Assembly (NCBI GenBank): GCA_046582655.1
Contig: JAYGDX010000027.1
Coordinates: 89,136 to 153,135, forward strand
Length of the DNA: 64,000 bases
Direction: 5' to 3'
Origin: Candidatus Poribacteria bacterium
GTDB taxonomy: Bacteria > Poribacteria > WGA-4E > UBA9662
Part shown: positions 1 to 8,985 of the stretch, piece after piece
How positions within the stretch are numbered: the first letter of the stretch is position 1
Layout: the number at the start of each line of letters is the position of its first letter
Notes under the pieces: model-generated
The model's database searches: none
The model's input: only the letters and a program-made list of their open reading frames with translations
Told to the model about the DNA's origin: nothing
Position numbers and translations under genes: made by a program

Positions 1-821
1 TGATCTGAGCCTTCATAGACCCGTATCCAACCGCCACCCCAACCATCGATTTCCACGCGACCATTATCAAAAATAAAGGCCATATGTGTACCACCTGGAC
101 TTGGACAATTACCGCTGATAGCAATACTGGCTAGAACACCATTTTCGAACTTAACGTTAATTGATGAATTGACGTCAACCGCAGTATCACAATTATCAGT
201 GAAAGCGTAGACCTCTCCAACGTTTTTTTCAACAGCCCAACAAAGACTATTCAACAAATGGGCTCCACTATCATATGCTTGTCCACCACCAGATAATTCT
301 GGTTTCTGTCGCCATGCACCCACTGTCGCATTCTTCCAACCCTGCGTAATGTAGCCAACTATCAATTCCAGTTTACCGAATGTTTGATTCCGGATTTGTT
401 CACGAAGATAATAGAAGTTAGCTGAACACGGCGTATTATAACCAATCACGAAAACTTTTCCCGTTTCTCCCACTTTCTCGGCAATGGTGTAAGCATCTTC
501 CGCTGATGTTACCATCGGTTTTTCCATCAGCACATGGCAACCTGCTTCTAAGGCTTTCATCCCATGTTCAAAATGCAGAGTATGTGGGGTAGAAATTAGC
601 ACTGCATCGGGTTGCGTTTCAGCCAACATTGAGTTCACATCATCAAAAGCCCCCGGACGAGGGACTAGATCCAGTATATTTTGATCGATATAGCTGTTGG
701 CAATATCAGTATTGACATCACAGGTGGCAATAATTTGAACCTCATCCATTTGGTTCATCCGTCGGGCATGACCAGATGAGTTTCCACCACAGCCGATTAT
801 AGCGAGGCGAACTTTTGACAT
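1..821 (-). CDS. Gfo/Idh/MocA family oxidoreductase, 3' end runs off the window
   Basis: Manual translation from ATG at 821: MSKVRLAIIGCGGNSSGH...ISTPHTLH...HVLMEKPM; AAGGAG RBS at 828-833. Confidence 0.9.
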   Translation of the reverse strand, partial: MSKVRLAIIGCGGNSSGHARRMNQMDEVQIIATCDVNTDIANSYIDQNILDLVPRPGAFDDVNSMLAETQPDAVLISTPHTLHFEHGMKALEAGCHVLMEKPMVTSAEDAYTIAEKVGETGKVFVIGYNTPCSANFYYLREQIRNQTFGKLELIVGYITQGWKNATVGAWRQKPELSGGGQAYDSGAHLLNSLCWAVEKNVGEVYAFTDNCDTAVDVNSSINVKFENGVLASIAISGNCPSPGGTHMAFIFDNGRVEIDGWGGGWIRVYEGSD

Positions 822-866
822 CTATTACTCCTTGACTATTGATTCACTAATATAAATTATAGTCAC

Positions 867-990
867 TAGACCTCTTGCATAAGTAGTAAAACTCATCAGA
901 ATTCTATAGCTGAGAGGCACCTAAATTCATTGAGTACATGGGCTCAAAAATCTCCAAACTTCTGTTTCTTTGACTTATGCAAGAGGTCTA
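867..990. mobile_element. MITE-like element with perfect 18-bp terminal inverted repeats
   Basis: TAGACCTCTTGCATAAGT (867-884) and ACTTATGCAAGAGGTCTA (973-990); the outer TA may be a target duplication; no coding capacity. Confidence 0.75.
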
Positions 991-1186
991 CTATACTTTG
1001 TGTAATATTTACATTATATCAAAAAGGAAAAAAGAGAACAATCAAAGAAAGTATGAACAATATGGAATTAAGGATTTTAAGAAAAGGATTGCCGTTTTTG
1101 CCATTGATATTTTGGAGTTTCTACTCTAGACTGCTTAATCTGCGGTGATATCAGAACTCAATCTAATTATTTGATGTGGGAAAATA

Positions 1187-1918
1187 TTGATTAAATTTTC
1201 TGTTCTTTTGATCGGCGCGCTGTTAATTGGTATCACCAAAGCTGGCTTTGGTGGAGGTGCTGGTCTGATCGTCGGGCCGATGTTGATGCTGGTCTTTCCG
1301 GCCAAAGAAAGCCTGGGTATGATGCTTCCACTTCTTTTTGCCTGTGATGTTGTATCCTTGTTCTTCTACTGGCGAAAATGGGATAAACTTAATATCATTT
1401 TCATTGTACCGGGGGCAGTTGTCGGTATTGGAATAGGATCAATTTTTTTGGGAAGATTTGACGATCGAATTTTAGCCAAAATGATTGGCATCACCGCCAT
1501 CGGGTTTGCCCTGTTGCAAATTCTTCGACATCAGCTGATGCGGAGAAACAAACAGTTTAAAACGCAACTATGGCAAGGCATTTTAGTTGGCGTTGCCACC
1601 GGTTTCTTTTCAACAGTTGCACACCTTGGTGGTGTGCTGACGATGATGTTCCTGTTGGTACAACAACTTGAAAACCAAGTTTTCGTGGCCACGGCGGCGC
1701 TGATTTATTTTTCCATTAATTTGTTCAAGATCCCTGTGTACCTTAAGTTAAATGTTATGAATACAAAAATTCTTCTGCGGATTCTCCCTTTTCTCCCGCT
1801 AATAGCTGTTGGAACGATGCTAGGAGTTTATTTGAATCGTAGAACATCAGCTAAGATGTTTTCAAGAATTATTTTGACTATTGTGTTTCTAACAGGAATC
1901 AGATTGATACTTAAGTGA
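1187..1918 (+). CDS. Sulfite exporter TauE/SafE family membrane protein
   Basis: Multi-TM protein; GITKAGFGGGAG N-terminal motif, repeated in the second half (GFFSTVAHLGG). Confidence 0.85.
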   Translation: MIKFSVLLIGALLIGITKAGFGGGAGLIVGPMLMLVFPAKESLGMMLPLLFACDVVSLFFYWRKWDKLNIIFIVPGAVVGIGIGSIFLGRFDDRILAKMIGITAIGFALLQILRHQLMRRNKQFKTQLWQGILVGVATGFFSTVAHLGGVLTMMFLLVQQLENQVFVATAALIYFSINLFKIPVYLKLNVMNTKILLRILPFLPLIAVGTMLGVYLNRRTSAKMFSRIILTIVFLTGIRLILK

Positions 1919-1941
1919 AGCAACCAAGAAATTCCGACGGA

Positions 1942-2367
1942 TTAAGCCTTGCTTCTTTTATCAGTTGTTCCGTTTCCCAGATGCACTACCTTTCGGTCAT
2001 CACCACAGACAACGAAAAGTCTTTCGGATAGTTTATTGGCGGTATTCAATAACCATTTACCAAAAGCGTCATTTCTCCAATTATCAGGTGTATCCGGATC
2101 GCAATAAGCCACAATATCCTCATCGTAGTGGTCCGTCAAGGATAGAACGACCTGCGTTTTGTCCGGTCTGAATTCCTCTGGGATTCCGTCCAGCTGAAGC
2201 CAGAGGCAATCGAACTGATGACAACTGAACGGCCTATTCTGATAGATCTGGCAACCCTTCCCAACGTTACAATTGTTGCACCATTGATTGGCTGGTTTCT
2301 GGATTTCCGGAATCCCAAGAAGTTTGCAGCACATGGTACAACTACCGCATTCTCTGTTCATGTCCAT
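1942..2367 (-). CDS. Cysteine-cluster protein (YkgJ/CxxCxxCC-like, putative Zn/Fe-S binding)
   Basis: CGSCTMCC ... CQIYQNRPFSCHQFDC. Confidence 0.7.
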   Translation of the reverse strand: MDMNRECGSCTMCCKLLGIPEIQKPANQWCNNCNVGKGCQIYQNRPFSCHQFDCLWLQLDGIPEEFRPDKTQVVLSLTDHYDEDIVAYCDPDTPDNWRNDAFGKWLLNTANKLSERLFVVCGDDRKVVHLGNGTTDKRSKA

Positions 2368-3180
2368 TTAATTCAGCTTTCCTTGTTCACGCATCTGAGA
2401 ACCGTAGATTTCCAGTTTCGATTCCTCCTGATTTATCAATTCAACCTTATCAGAAAGGCATGAAGCTATACGGTCGAAACGCTCTGTACTTCTAAGTCCC
2501 ATGATCGTGAGATGAACGGCTGGATGATTGAGAACATAGCGATAAAAATGTTCCTCAGGTGGAGTTCCTGTTTGACTGAACAATCGGTCGTTCCGCGAAG
2601 CGTTCATGATAACCACACCAACATTTAGATCTAATGCTTGGGGAAAAATGGCTTCTTCCGGTTCCTTCATGGCACAATTGTACCAACACAAGACAGTATC
2701 GAATAAACCGGTGGCCACCGCCTGTCCGATCTGTTCCCAGTCATGCCCAGTCACGCCGATGAAGCGAATCAAACCTTCTTCCTGTGCTTTCTGGGCAGCT
2801 TCCACTGCACCACCGGATGACAACGCCTGTTCCCGCTCAACTGGTGTATTGAGATGATGTAACTGGTAAATGTCGATATACTCGGTTTTGAGTAGACTCA
2901 AGGAGGTTTCCAAATCCTTACGAACCCCTTCAGCGCGACGAGCTGCGGTCTTGGTGGCTAAGATGAGTTGATCGCGTCGCCCTTGAATGGCTTGACCAAT
3001 TACCTTTTCGTCTTCTCCATCCCTGTAATTACGCGCGGTATCCATGTAATTGACACCACAGTCTAGAGCTGTGCGGTATTCGTCTACTGATTCGCAGTAG
3101 CCCCCCCCAATGCCAAGTCGGGTTACTTTCAGCCCTGTTCGACCAAGGGTTATTTGTGGAATATCATAGGTCATAATCAA
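2368..3180 (-). CDS. Aldo/keto reductase
   Basis: LGRTGLKVTRLGIG, DTARNY, ATK, DIYQLH motifs; start may be ATG at 3174. Confidence 0.9.
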   Translation of the reverse strand: MIMTYDIPQITLGRTGLKVTRLGIGGGYCESVDEYRTALDCGVNYMDTARNYRDGEDEKVIGQAIQGRRDQLILATKTAARRAEGVRKDLETSLSLLKTEYIDIYQLHHLNTPVEREQALSSGGAVEAAQKAQEEGLIRFIGVTGHDWEQIGQAVATGLFDTVLCWYNCAMKEPEEAIFPQALDLNVGVVIMNASRNDRLFSQTGTPPEEHFYRYVLNHPAVHLTIMGLRSTERFDRIASCLSDKVELINQEESKLEIYGSQMREQGKLN

Positions 3181-3198
3181 AGATTTCCTTTAATCCAA

Positions 3199-3618
3199 GG
3201 CGGATTCAACTCTGAAACCAATGCTGACACCCCTTGACCGATATTTCTTTCCCTTTGTTCTCAGAAACTTATAGATTCTACCACCGCTCTTCTTGATGGC
3301 CAAACTTCCCCACTAGCCCTTTGCATGGCTATTGCCTGCCAACTCTCTACAGATGGTGCTGGGTGATCTTCTCCGCGATCGGGCAATCTCTGTTTGTCTG
3401 TACCCTTCTGCCTTCAACGCCTCAATCTGGTATCTTTCCCTATCAGTCAACTGCTGATGTGCCATGTATCCTCTCCCAGTGTCGTCGTTCATAGAGATGC
3501 TGCATATCGGCAGCTGGCTCTATTATCTCCTTCATTGGGGGAATAATCCAGAGTCCTGGACATACTGAGCTCTGGCTGTGCCGTGCTCAGGCCTTTGCCT
3601 TTATTATGTGAATCTACG
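3199..3618 (-). mobile_element. Internally deleted IS30-family element (about 420 bp) with truncated transposase HTH
   Basis: Minus-strand ORF 3465-3313 MAHQQLTDRERYQIEALKAEGYRQTEIARSRRRSPSTICRELAGN resembles the IS30 N-terminal HTH; ends CGTAGATTCAC (3618, minus) and GGCGGATTCAAC (3199) resemble IS30 IRs; AA on both flanks. Confidence 0.8.
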
Positions 3619-3650
3619 AAGGCTAAAGAAGGTTGTGCGGAGGTAATTGA

Positions 3651-3676
3651 GGGATGAGTATACTCGTCCCTTTTTT
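3651..3676 (+). terminator. Rho-independent terminator-like hairpin
   Basis: GGGATGAG-TATA-CTCGTCCC followed by TTTTTT. Confidence 0.55.
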
Positions 3677-3713
3677 CTATAACATCTGTGTTTGTTTAGA
3701 GTTGACTTTGGCC

Positions 3714-3742
3714 GTGACAAGTTTGATGTGGTTTGATATAAT
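3714..3742 (+). promoter_or_regulatory. Putative sigma70 promoter
   Basis: GTGACA-17 bp-TATAAT about 40 bp upstream of the 3782 ORF. Confidence 0.45.
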
Positions 3743-3781
3743 TGCCTAAACGACACAATTGTATTCAGTGTAAGAGTAGGG

Positions 3782-4858
3782 GTGTTTTCAAGGATGGCTA
3801 ATATGCTGTTTCGAAAGCTTGGAGTTTTTCAGATTCAGGTGGTTGCCTGTATCATTTTGCAAGCAGTAGGTTGTGGAGGGGGGTCTTCTGAAACGAGTCA
3901 AGGTTTTCCTGATCAAGGAGCAGAAGCGATTAATATGCTTCAACTACCACCGTATGTTAAATTTGATATTAAGCTCAAAAGATATGTGCGGTCGAGTAGG
4001 AGGGAAGCAGATATGATTCTAATTCCCGGCGGGGAATTTTTTATGGGAAGTTCTGACTTCATGTCTGAACAGATCTCTTCTGCCTATTCCATGACTTTTT
4101 GGGATGAAATGCCACAGCATATTGTTAACCTCGAAGCGTTTTATATTGACAAATATGAAGTTACAAATACCGAGTACAGCTTGTATTTAAAAGACCCCAG
4201 TTCGGGACCAGTGCAAGAACCAAAGTTTTGGAAAAATCCTAAGTTCAACCATCCGGCACAACCTGTGATTGGTGTCACTTGGCAGGAAGCGTTCGACTAT
4301 GCACAGTCTTATGGTAAACGTTTACTTTCTGAGGCGGAATGGGAGAAAGCTGCCTCGTGGTCAGGTGAAGGAAAAGGGCGTTTGGATTCAGGATACGCGC
4401 GAGTCTATCCGTGGGGAAACACGTTTTCTGACGAACGCTTGAACTACAACGCAAACCGTGACGGTCCGACCAAAGTTGGGCAGTTCCCGTTGGGTGAAAG
4501 CAGATATGGTGTACAGGATATGGCAGGTAACGTGTCTGAATGGGTACGGGATGTTTACAATAAAGAAATTTACCAGTCACAAAGCAGCGTAACGGCAATA
4601 CTTAAAGCCAATGAGGAAAATGCCACAAGATTTAATGAACAGGGCTTCGAGGATTCGGCGGGATTTGAACATCGGGTGCATCGTGGAGGGAAGTGGAACA
4701 GTTGGAAATTGAAAGAGTTGGATGTTCGTTGCGCACGAAGACTTCACGCAGTGAGGGGCACACAGGATCCGGGTATCGGCTTTCGTTGCGCAGTTGATGC
4801 TAAGGTTGTATACAATGATATCTCGACATTGCGTTCCCCAACTGAAATTATTGAGTAG
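3782..4858 (+). CDS. FGE-sulfatase (SUMF1/EgtB/PvdO) domain protein, possibly a lipoprotein
   Basis: IPGGEFFMGS, FYIDKYEVTN, RLLSEAEWEKAA, DMAGNVSEW, GFRC; AVGC lipobox-like segment. Confidence 0.85.
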   Translation: MFSRMANMLFRKLGVFQIQVVACIILQAVGCGGGSSETSQGFPDQGAEAINMLQLPPYVKFDIKLKRYVRSSRREADMILIPGGEFFMGSSDFMSEQISSAYSMTFWDEMPQHIVNLEAFYIDKYEVTNTEYSLYLKDPSSGPVQEPKFWKNPKFNHPAQPVIGVTWQEAFDYAQSYGKRLLSEAEWEKAASWSGEGKGRLDSGYARVYPWGNTFSDERLNYNANRDGPTKVGQFPLGESRYGVQDMAGNVSEWVRDVYNKEIYQSQSSVTAILKANEENATRFNEQGFEDSAGFEHRVHRGGKWNSWKLKELDVRCARRLHAVRGTQDPGIGFRCAVDAKVVYNDISTLRSPTEIIE

Positions 4859-4884
4859 CTTGTAACCAGATAAGACAACAATAA

Positions 4885-6342
4885 ATGGCAATTAGAAGAA
4901 AACATTTTCGTTATCGTGATATAGATGAACTGCGAACTGAGATTGAAAAACTTGGTCTATCCATCTGTTTAGAGAATCAGATAGAGAAACTACTTGAGCC
5001 TGTCAGTGTCGGTCACAAAACCGCTGGTAATGCTTTCGGAATTCATCCAATGGAAGGTTGCGATTGTACTGCAGATGGCAGGCCTGGCGAATTAACCATA
5101 CGGCGTTGGGAGCGGTTCGGAACTGGTGGTTCGAAGTTGATCTGGGGCGAAGCAACGGCTGTCCTCGATGAAGCCAAAGCAAATAGCCGACAGTTGCTAA
5201 TCAGTAGGGATACGGTCGGCTCAATTGCATCAATGCTTGAGCTTACCCGAACAGTACATCGAAATACATTTGGTTCAAATGAAGAAATCATCGTTGGTAT
5301 GCAGTTGACACACTCAGGGCGATACAGCTATCAGAAACCGATGATTGCATTTCGACATCCGGTCGTTGATCAAATCACCTTGCTCGATAAAAAGAAAAAA
5401 ATTCCTATTCCCAACGATTATCCAGTTATAAGTGACGATTACCTAGAGCGGCTTGAGGATGTTTATGTTGAGGCAGCTAAACTCGCATGGCAGATTGGGT
5501 TTGATTTCGTTGATCTAAAACAGTGTCACTCTTACCTGTTGAACGAGTTGTTGGCTGCAAAAACACGTAAAGGTAAATATGGTGGTAGTTTTGAAAATCG
5601 AACTCGCTTTATTCGTAATGTAATTGGCAAGATCCAGGCTGAAATTGGGAATGATTTGATTCTCGCGAGTCGATTGAATGTCTATGATGGAGTTGCCTAT
5701 ATGCGGGATACTGATACGGGGATCGGTACGCCAAGTGAAATGCTTAAAATGTATCCTTATGGTTTTGGTGTTGATGAAGATGATCCTCCCAACTCGGATA
5801 TGACCGAGCCAAAGAAATTGATCAGACTGCTGAAGGAACTTGGAATTGAACTAATCAATGTGTCAATGGGTAGCCCCTACTATAATCCACATATCGGGCG
5901 TCCGTTTGAGAGGCCACCGATTGATGGTTATGAAACACCTGAACATCCGTTGATTGGGGTTGATCGTCATTTTCGGCTGACAAGACAGGTTCAGCAGGAC
6001 AATCCAAATCTACCGATTGTTGGCACCGGCTATAGTTGGCTGCAAAATTATGTGGTCAATGCTGGAGAAGCTAATGTTCGGAATGGACATGTTAGCTTTG
6101 TCGCCGTTGGTCGAGGTGCTTTAGCTTACCCGGATTTTGCTAAAGATACGATTGAAAATGGTGGTATGTTGAAGAAAAAATCCTGTGTTGCTGTTAGCTA
6201 TTGCACTGCCCTTATGAGAGCGAAAGCAACCCCACTTGGTCAGTACCCTGCTGGTTGTGTACCTCGTGATAAGGTTTATGCCCCAATCTATAAGGAAGCG
6301 GAAAAAGCACTCACCAACAAAAATGAGACCCGCGCGAACTAG
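4885..6342 (+). CDS. NADH:flavin oxidoreductase (old yellow enzyme family)
   Basis: HPMEGCD, QLTHSGR, GFDFVDLKQCHSYLLNELL, YGGSFENRTRF. Confidence 0.88.
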   Translation: MAIRRKHFRYRDIDELRTEIEKLGLSICLENQIEKLLEPVSVGHKTAGNAFGIHPMEGCDCTADGRPGELTIRRWERFGTGGSKLIWGEATAVLDEAKANSRQLLISRDTVGSIASMLELTRTVHRNTFGSNEEIIVGMQLTHSGRYSYQKPMIAFRHPVVDQITLLDKKKKIPIPNDYPVISDDYLERLEDVYVEAAKLAWQIGFDFVDLKQCHSYLLNELLAAKTRKGKYGGSFENRTRFIRNVIGKIQAEIGNDLILASRLNVYDGVAYMRDTDTGIGTPSEMLKMYPYGFGVDEDDPPNSDMTEPKKLIRLLKELGIELINVSMGSPYYNPHIGRPFERPPIDGYETPEHPLIGVDRHFRLTRQVQQDNPNLPIVGTGYSWLQNYVVNAGEANVRNGHVSFVAVGRGALAYPDFAKDTIENGGMLKKKSCVAVSYCTALMRAKATPLGQYPAGCVPRDKVYAPIYKEAEKALTNKNETRAN

Positions 6343-7408
6343 CCTGTTTCACGGATCAAATCAACCATTTGAAATTTATCAATGTAAGATTGAACCATCC
6401 GATGTGGGCGAAGTACTTGTTAAAGTCAACCTTGCTGCTATTTGTGGATCTGACTTGCATACCTTTACCGGACGTCGAACGTCTCCTATTCCTTGTATCC
6501 TTGGGCATGAGGCTGTTGGTCAAGTAGCGGAATCGACTGACGTCACCGACTTTAACGGAAACACTCTGAATGAAGGAGATCGAATAACGTGGAGTATCGT
6601 GTCCTCTTGTGGGACTTGTCTAAATTGCACAAGCTATCAGCTGCCGCAGAAGTGTGAAACGCTCTCAAAATATGGTCATGCTCAGAGGTCTCTCCCACGT
6701 GACCTGAATGGTGGATTTGCCCAATATATCCGTTTGCAACCAGGCACAGCCATTTTCCGGCTACCAGATTCTATGGCAGATAGTGAATCGGTCTCACTCA
6801 ATTGTGCTCTTTCAACGGTCATAGCTGGGTTAAATGTAATCGATATTGGTGATAGCGTTGTGATTCAGGGATGTGGGATGCTGGGGATCTATGCAACTAG
6901 TCTTTTAAGATATTATGGATGCGGTGTTGTCGCGGTCGTCGATGTTAGGTCAGATCGCCTAAAAATGGCCAAGAATTTTGGGGCGACCCACACTTTTAAT
7001 CTAACAGAGGTGTCCCCTGACCAAATTAATGATGAGTTGCTCGCTTTGACTAATCAGTATGGTGTTGATTTGGTTGTTGAGGTCAGCGGTGTTGCTTCAG
7101 CGTTTACAGATAGTCTAGATTGGTTGCGAATTGGCGGTTATTATCTGACACTTGGGTATGTCTATCCTGAGGCAGTGACGATAGTTCCAATGGATAAAAT
7201 TGTACGTAAGTGCCTAACAATCCACGGCTCTCATAACTATCACCCGCGTTTCCTTGGGGATGCCATTGAGTTTGTGCAGGAAACTCGGCATCAATACTCT
7301 TTTAACCTCCTTATCGGTAATACCTATCCTTTAGCCGAAATAGATCAAGCCTTTCAAGAAGCCATAAAAGGCAACCAGATTCGGATCGGTCTGAATCCGT
7401 GGGAGTGA
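6323..7408 (+). CDS. Zinc-dependent alcohol dehydrogenase (resembles the phosphonate-associated HpnZ-like group)
   Basis: ICGSDLH, LGHE, CGTCLNC...C, GCGMLG, GSHNY; likely start ATG 6323 overlapping the OYE 3' end. Confidence 0.85.
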   Translation: MRPARTSLFHGSNQPFEIYQCKIEPSDVGEVLVKVNLAAICGSDLHTFTGRRTSPIPCILGHEAVGQVAESTDVTDFNGNTLNEGDRITWSIVSSCGTCLNCTSYQLPQKCETLSKYGHAQRSLPRDLNGGFAQYIRLQPGTAIFRLPDSMADSESVSLNCALSTVIAGLNVIDIGDSVVIQGCGMLGIYATSLLRYYGCGVVAVVDVRSDRLKMAKNFGATHTFNLTEVSPDQINDELLALTNQYGVDLVVEVSGVASAFTDSLDWLRIGGYYLTLGYVYPEAVTIVPMDKIVRKCLTIHGSHNYHPRFLGDAIEFVQETRHQYSFNLLIGNTYPLAEIDQAFQEAIKGNQIRIGLNPWE

Positions 7409-7574
7409 AGTCTGGCTAAGATCTCATGCAGGTAGATACGTGCTTACTCTCTGCCTACCATTAAACTGATGCTTGAAATTGATTTTATGGACAAAGCGGA
7501 GTTGCTATGCTATCATTATTGGCTAATTGCTGATGGTAAGGGATTTTTGTTGGCTAGATTATTAGGAGTTCCCA

Positions 7575-8636
7575 ATGAATGATCCAGTGCAGAGCATCAC
7601 CAGCCAAGTTGAGGTTATATACGAAAAAACACTGTCTGAGATAGAGCGTGAAGAAACCGATCTCAGGGAGCAGATCAATCGCCTTGAGAAAAAACGCAAT
7701 ATTCTCGGGAAAAAGCGTGATCATGTTCATCAACTTCGTAGCCTAGTTGAAAACTTAACTCAAGCTATTGCTGAAGCTGAAGAGATTTGTGAACAGGAGG
7801 AAGAAAGAAAGGCTGACTTAGATGTTCGCATTGAGGAGGTGTCCGTCAATCTGCAACGCTTGCAAGCGGAGGTAAAGCAGGCCGAAACAGATCATAATCA
7901 GGCTAATAAAAGCAAGATTGAAAAATACCGTACTCTCTCCAAGATTGTTGAAAGATTTGGTGATATTAAAGGCCGGCTTCCTGATTCTGTTTTAGCAGGG
8001 TTGGAAGATGCAGCATGTGACGACACAGAGAGCTTTGAAACCACGTTACCGCAACGTCAGAAACCACAGAAGCCGGTGCAGGGCAACATTGAGTCACTTG
8101 GCATTACTGATCTAGACCTTGATGAGGCATTGGATGTATATGAAGAGGATGTGATTGGTGACGATGATACAATCCTTGAAAATGATACAAGCACTCGCAA
8201 TTTGCAACCGGGGTTGGAAGATAGTATTATGGGATATGATGAGGATTTGGAAGATGATCCAGAGTTCGATGAGTTTGAGGCAGAGTTAGCTGGAAGTGAA
8301 AGCGAAGACTTGTCGCTTGACGATGATGAATATAATTTTGTGGATGATGAGGAAAGGGAAAACTTTATTGATCTCATGCGAGAAGACGATTCTACTCCGT
8401 CCCTTCAGGATATTCAGGAAAAACCCAAGCGTGTTGCTTCTAGTGAAGAGATGAGGCTTCGTGAGGCTATTGCCCCAGCCCAACAGGGTGATGATTCGGA
8501 ACCAGAAACAGAGAGAACCGAGGTTCTTTCAATGAACCCGAATGGTGGAGAAGATGGAGAAGTGGGTGAAGATGAGCTGTCAGAAGAAACTTCAGAAAAG
8601 ACTTTAGAAGAAACGGAAAATAGCAAATCCGAATAA
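7575..8636 (+). CDS. Hypothetical protein with N-terminal coiled coil and very acidic low-complexity C-terminus
   Basis: AGGAG RBS; heptad-like first ~130 aa; D/E-rich tail. Confidence 0.75.
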   Translation: MNDPVQSITSQVEVIYEKTLSEIEREETDLREQINRLEKKRNILGKKRDHVHQLRSLVENLTQAIAEAEEICEQEEERKADLDVRIEEVSVNLQRLQAEVKQAETDHNQANKSKIEKYRTLSKIVERFGDIKGRLPDSVLAGLEDAACDDTESFETTLPQRQKPQKPVQGNIESLGITDLDLDEALDVYEEDVIGDDDTILENDTSTRNLQPGLEDSIMGYDEDLEDDPEFDEFEAELAGSESEDLSLDDDEYNFVDDEERENFIDLMREDDSTPSLQDIQEKPKRVASSEEMRLREAIAPAQQGDDSEPETERTEVLSMNPNGGEDGEVGEDELSEETSEKTLEETENSKSE

Positions 8637-8673
8637 ATAGTTATACATAATCAAAGGAGGATTTACCTAATAG

Positions 8674-8943
8674 ATGGCACATAGATCTTCAGCTTTCAAG
8701 CACATTCGTGCAGATAAACGAAAAAGAGATGTAAGTTTCAGACGAAAATCTGCTATTAGAACTGCCGTCAAAAAAACCAGAGTAGCAATTGAAGCAGGAA
8801 ATGTTGAAGAAGCAGAATCCCTTTATCGTAGCGCAGCAGGCCTGCTCGATAGGGCAGCGAGTAAAGGTGTGATCAAAAAGGGAACTGCCAATAGGAGGAA
8901 ATCTCACCTAGCAAAAAATCTTCACCTAGTAGCAAATCGCTAG
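8674..8943 (+). CDS. rpsT: 30S ribosomal protein S20
   Basis: MAHRSSAFKHIR...KSAIRTAVKK...LDRAASKGVIKKGTANRRKS. Confidence 0.95.
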   Translation: MAHRSSAFKHIRADKRKRDVSFRRKSAIRTAVKKTRVAIEAGNVEEAESLYRSAAGLLDRAASKGVIKKGTANRRKSHLAKNLHLVANR

Positions 8944-8985
8944 TTAAAATAAAATTTCTACTAGCTTGTGAAGCAACCTTGTTAT

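Noticed and set aside
3782..4858. True formylglycine-generating enzyme
   Set aside because: It lacks the catalytic RGGSxLCxxxYC cysteine pair.
8057..8626. Ser-rich antisense ORFs here and other short overlapping ORFs in the track
   Set aside because: They are shadow frames of well-supported genes on the opposite strand or in another frame.
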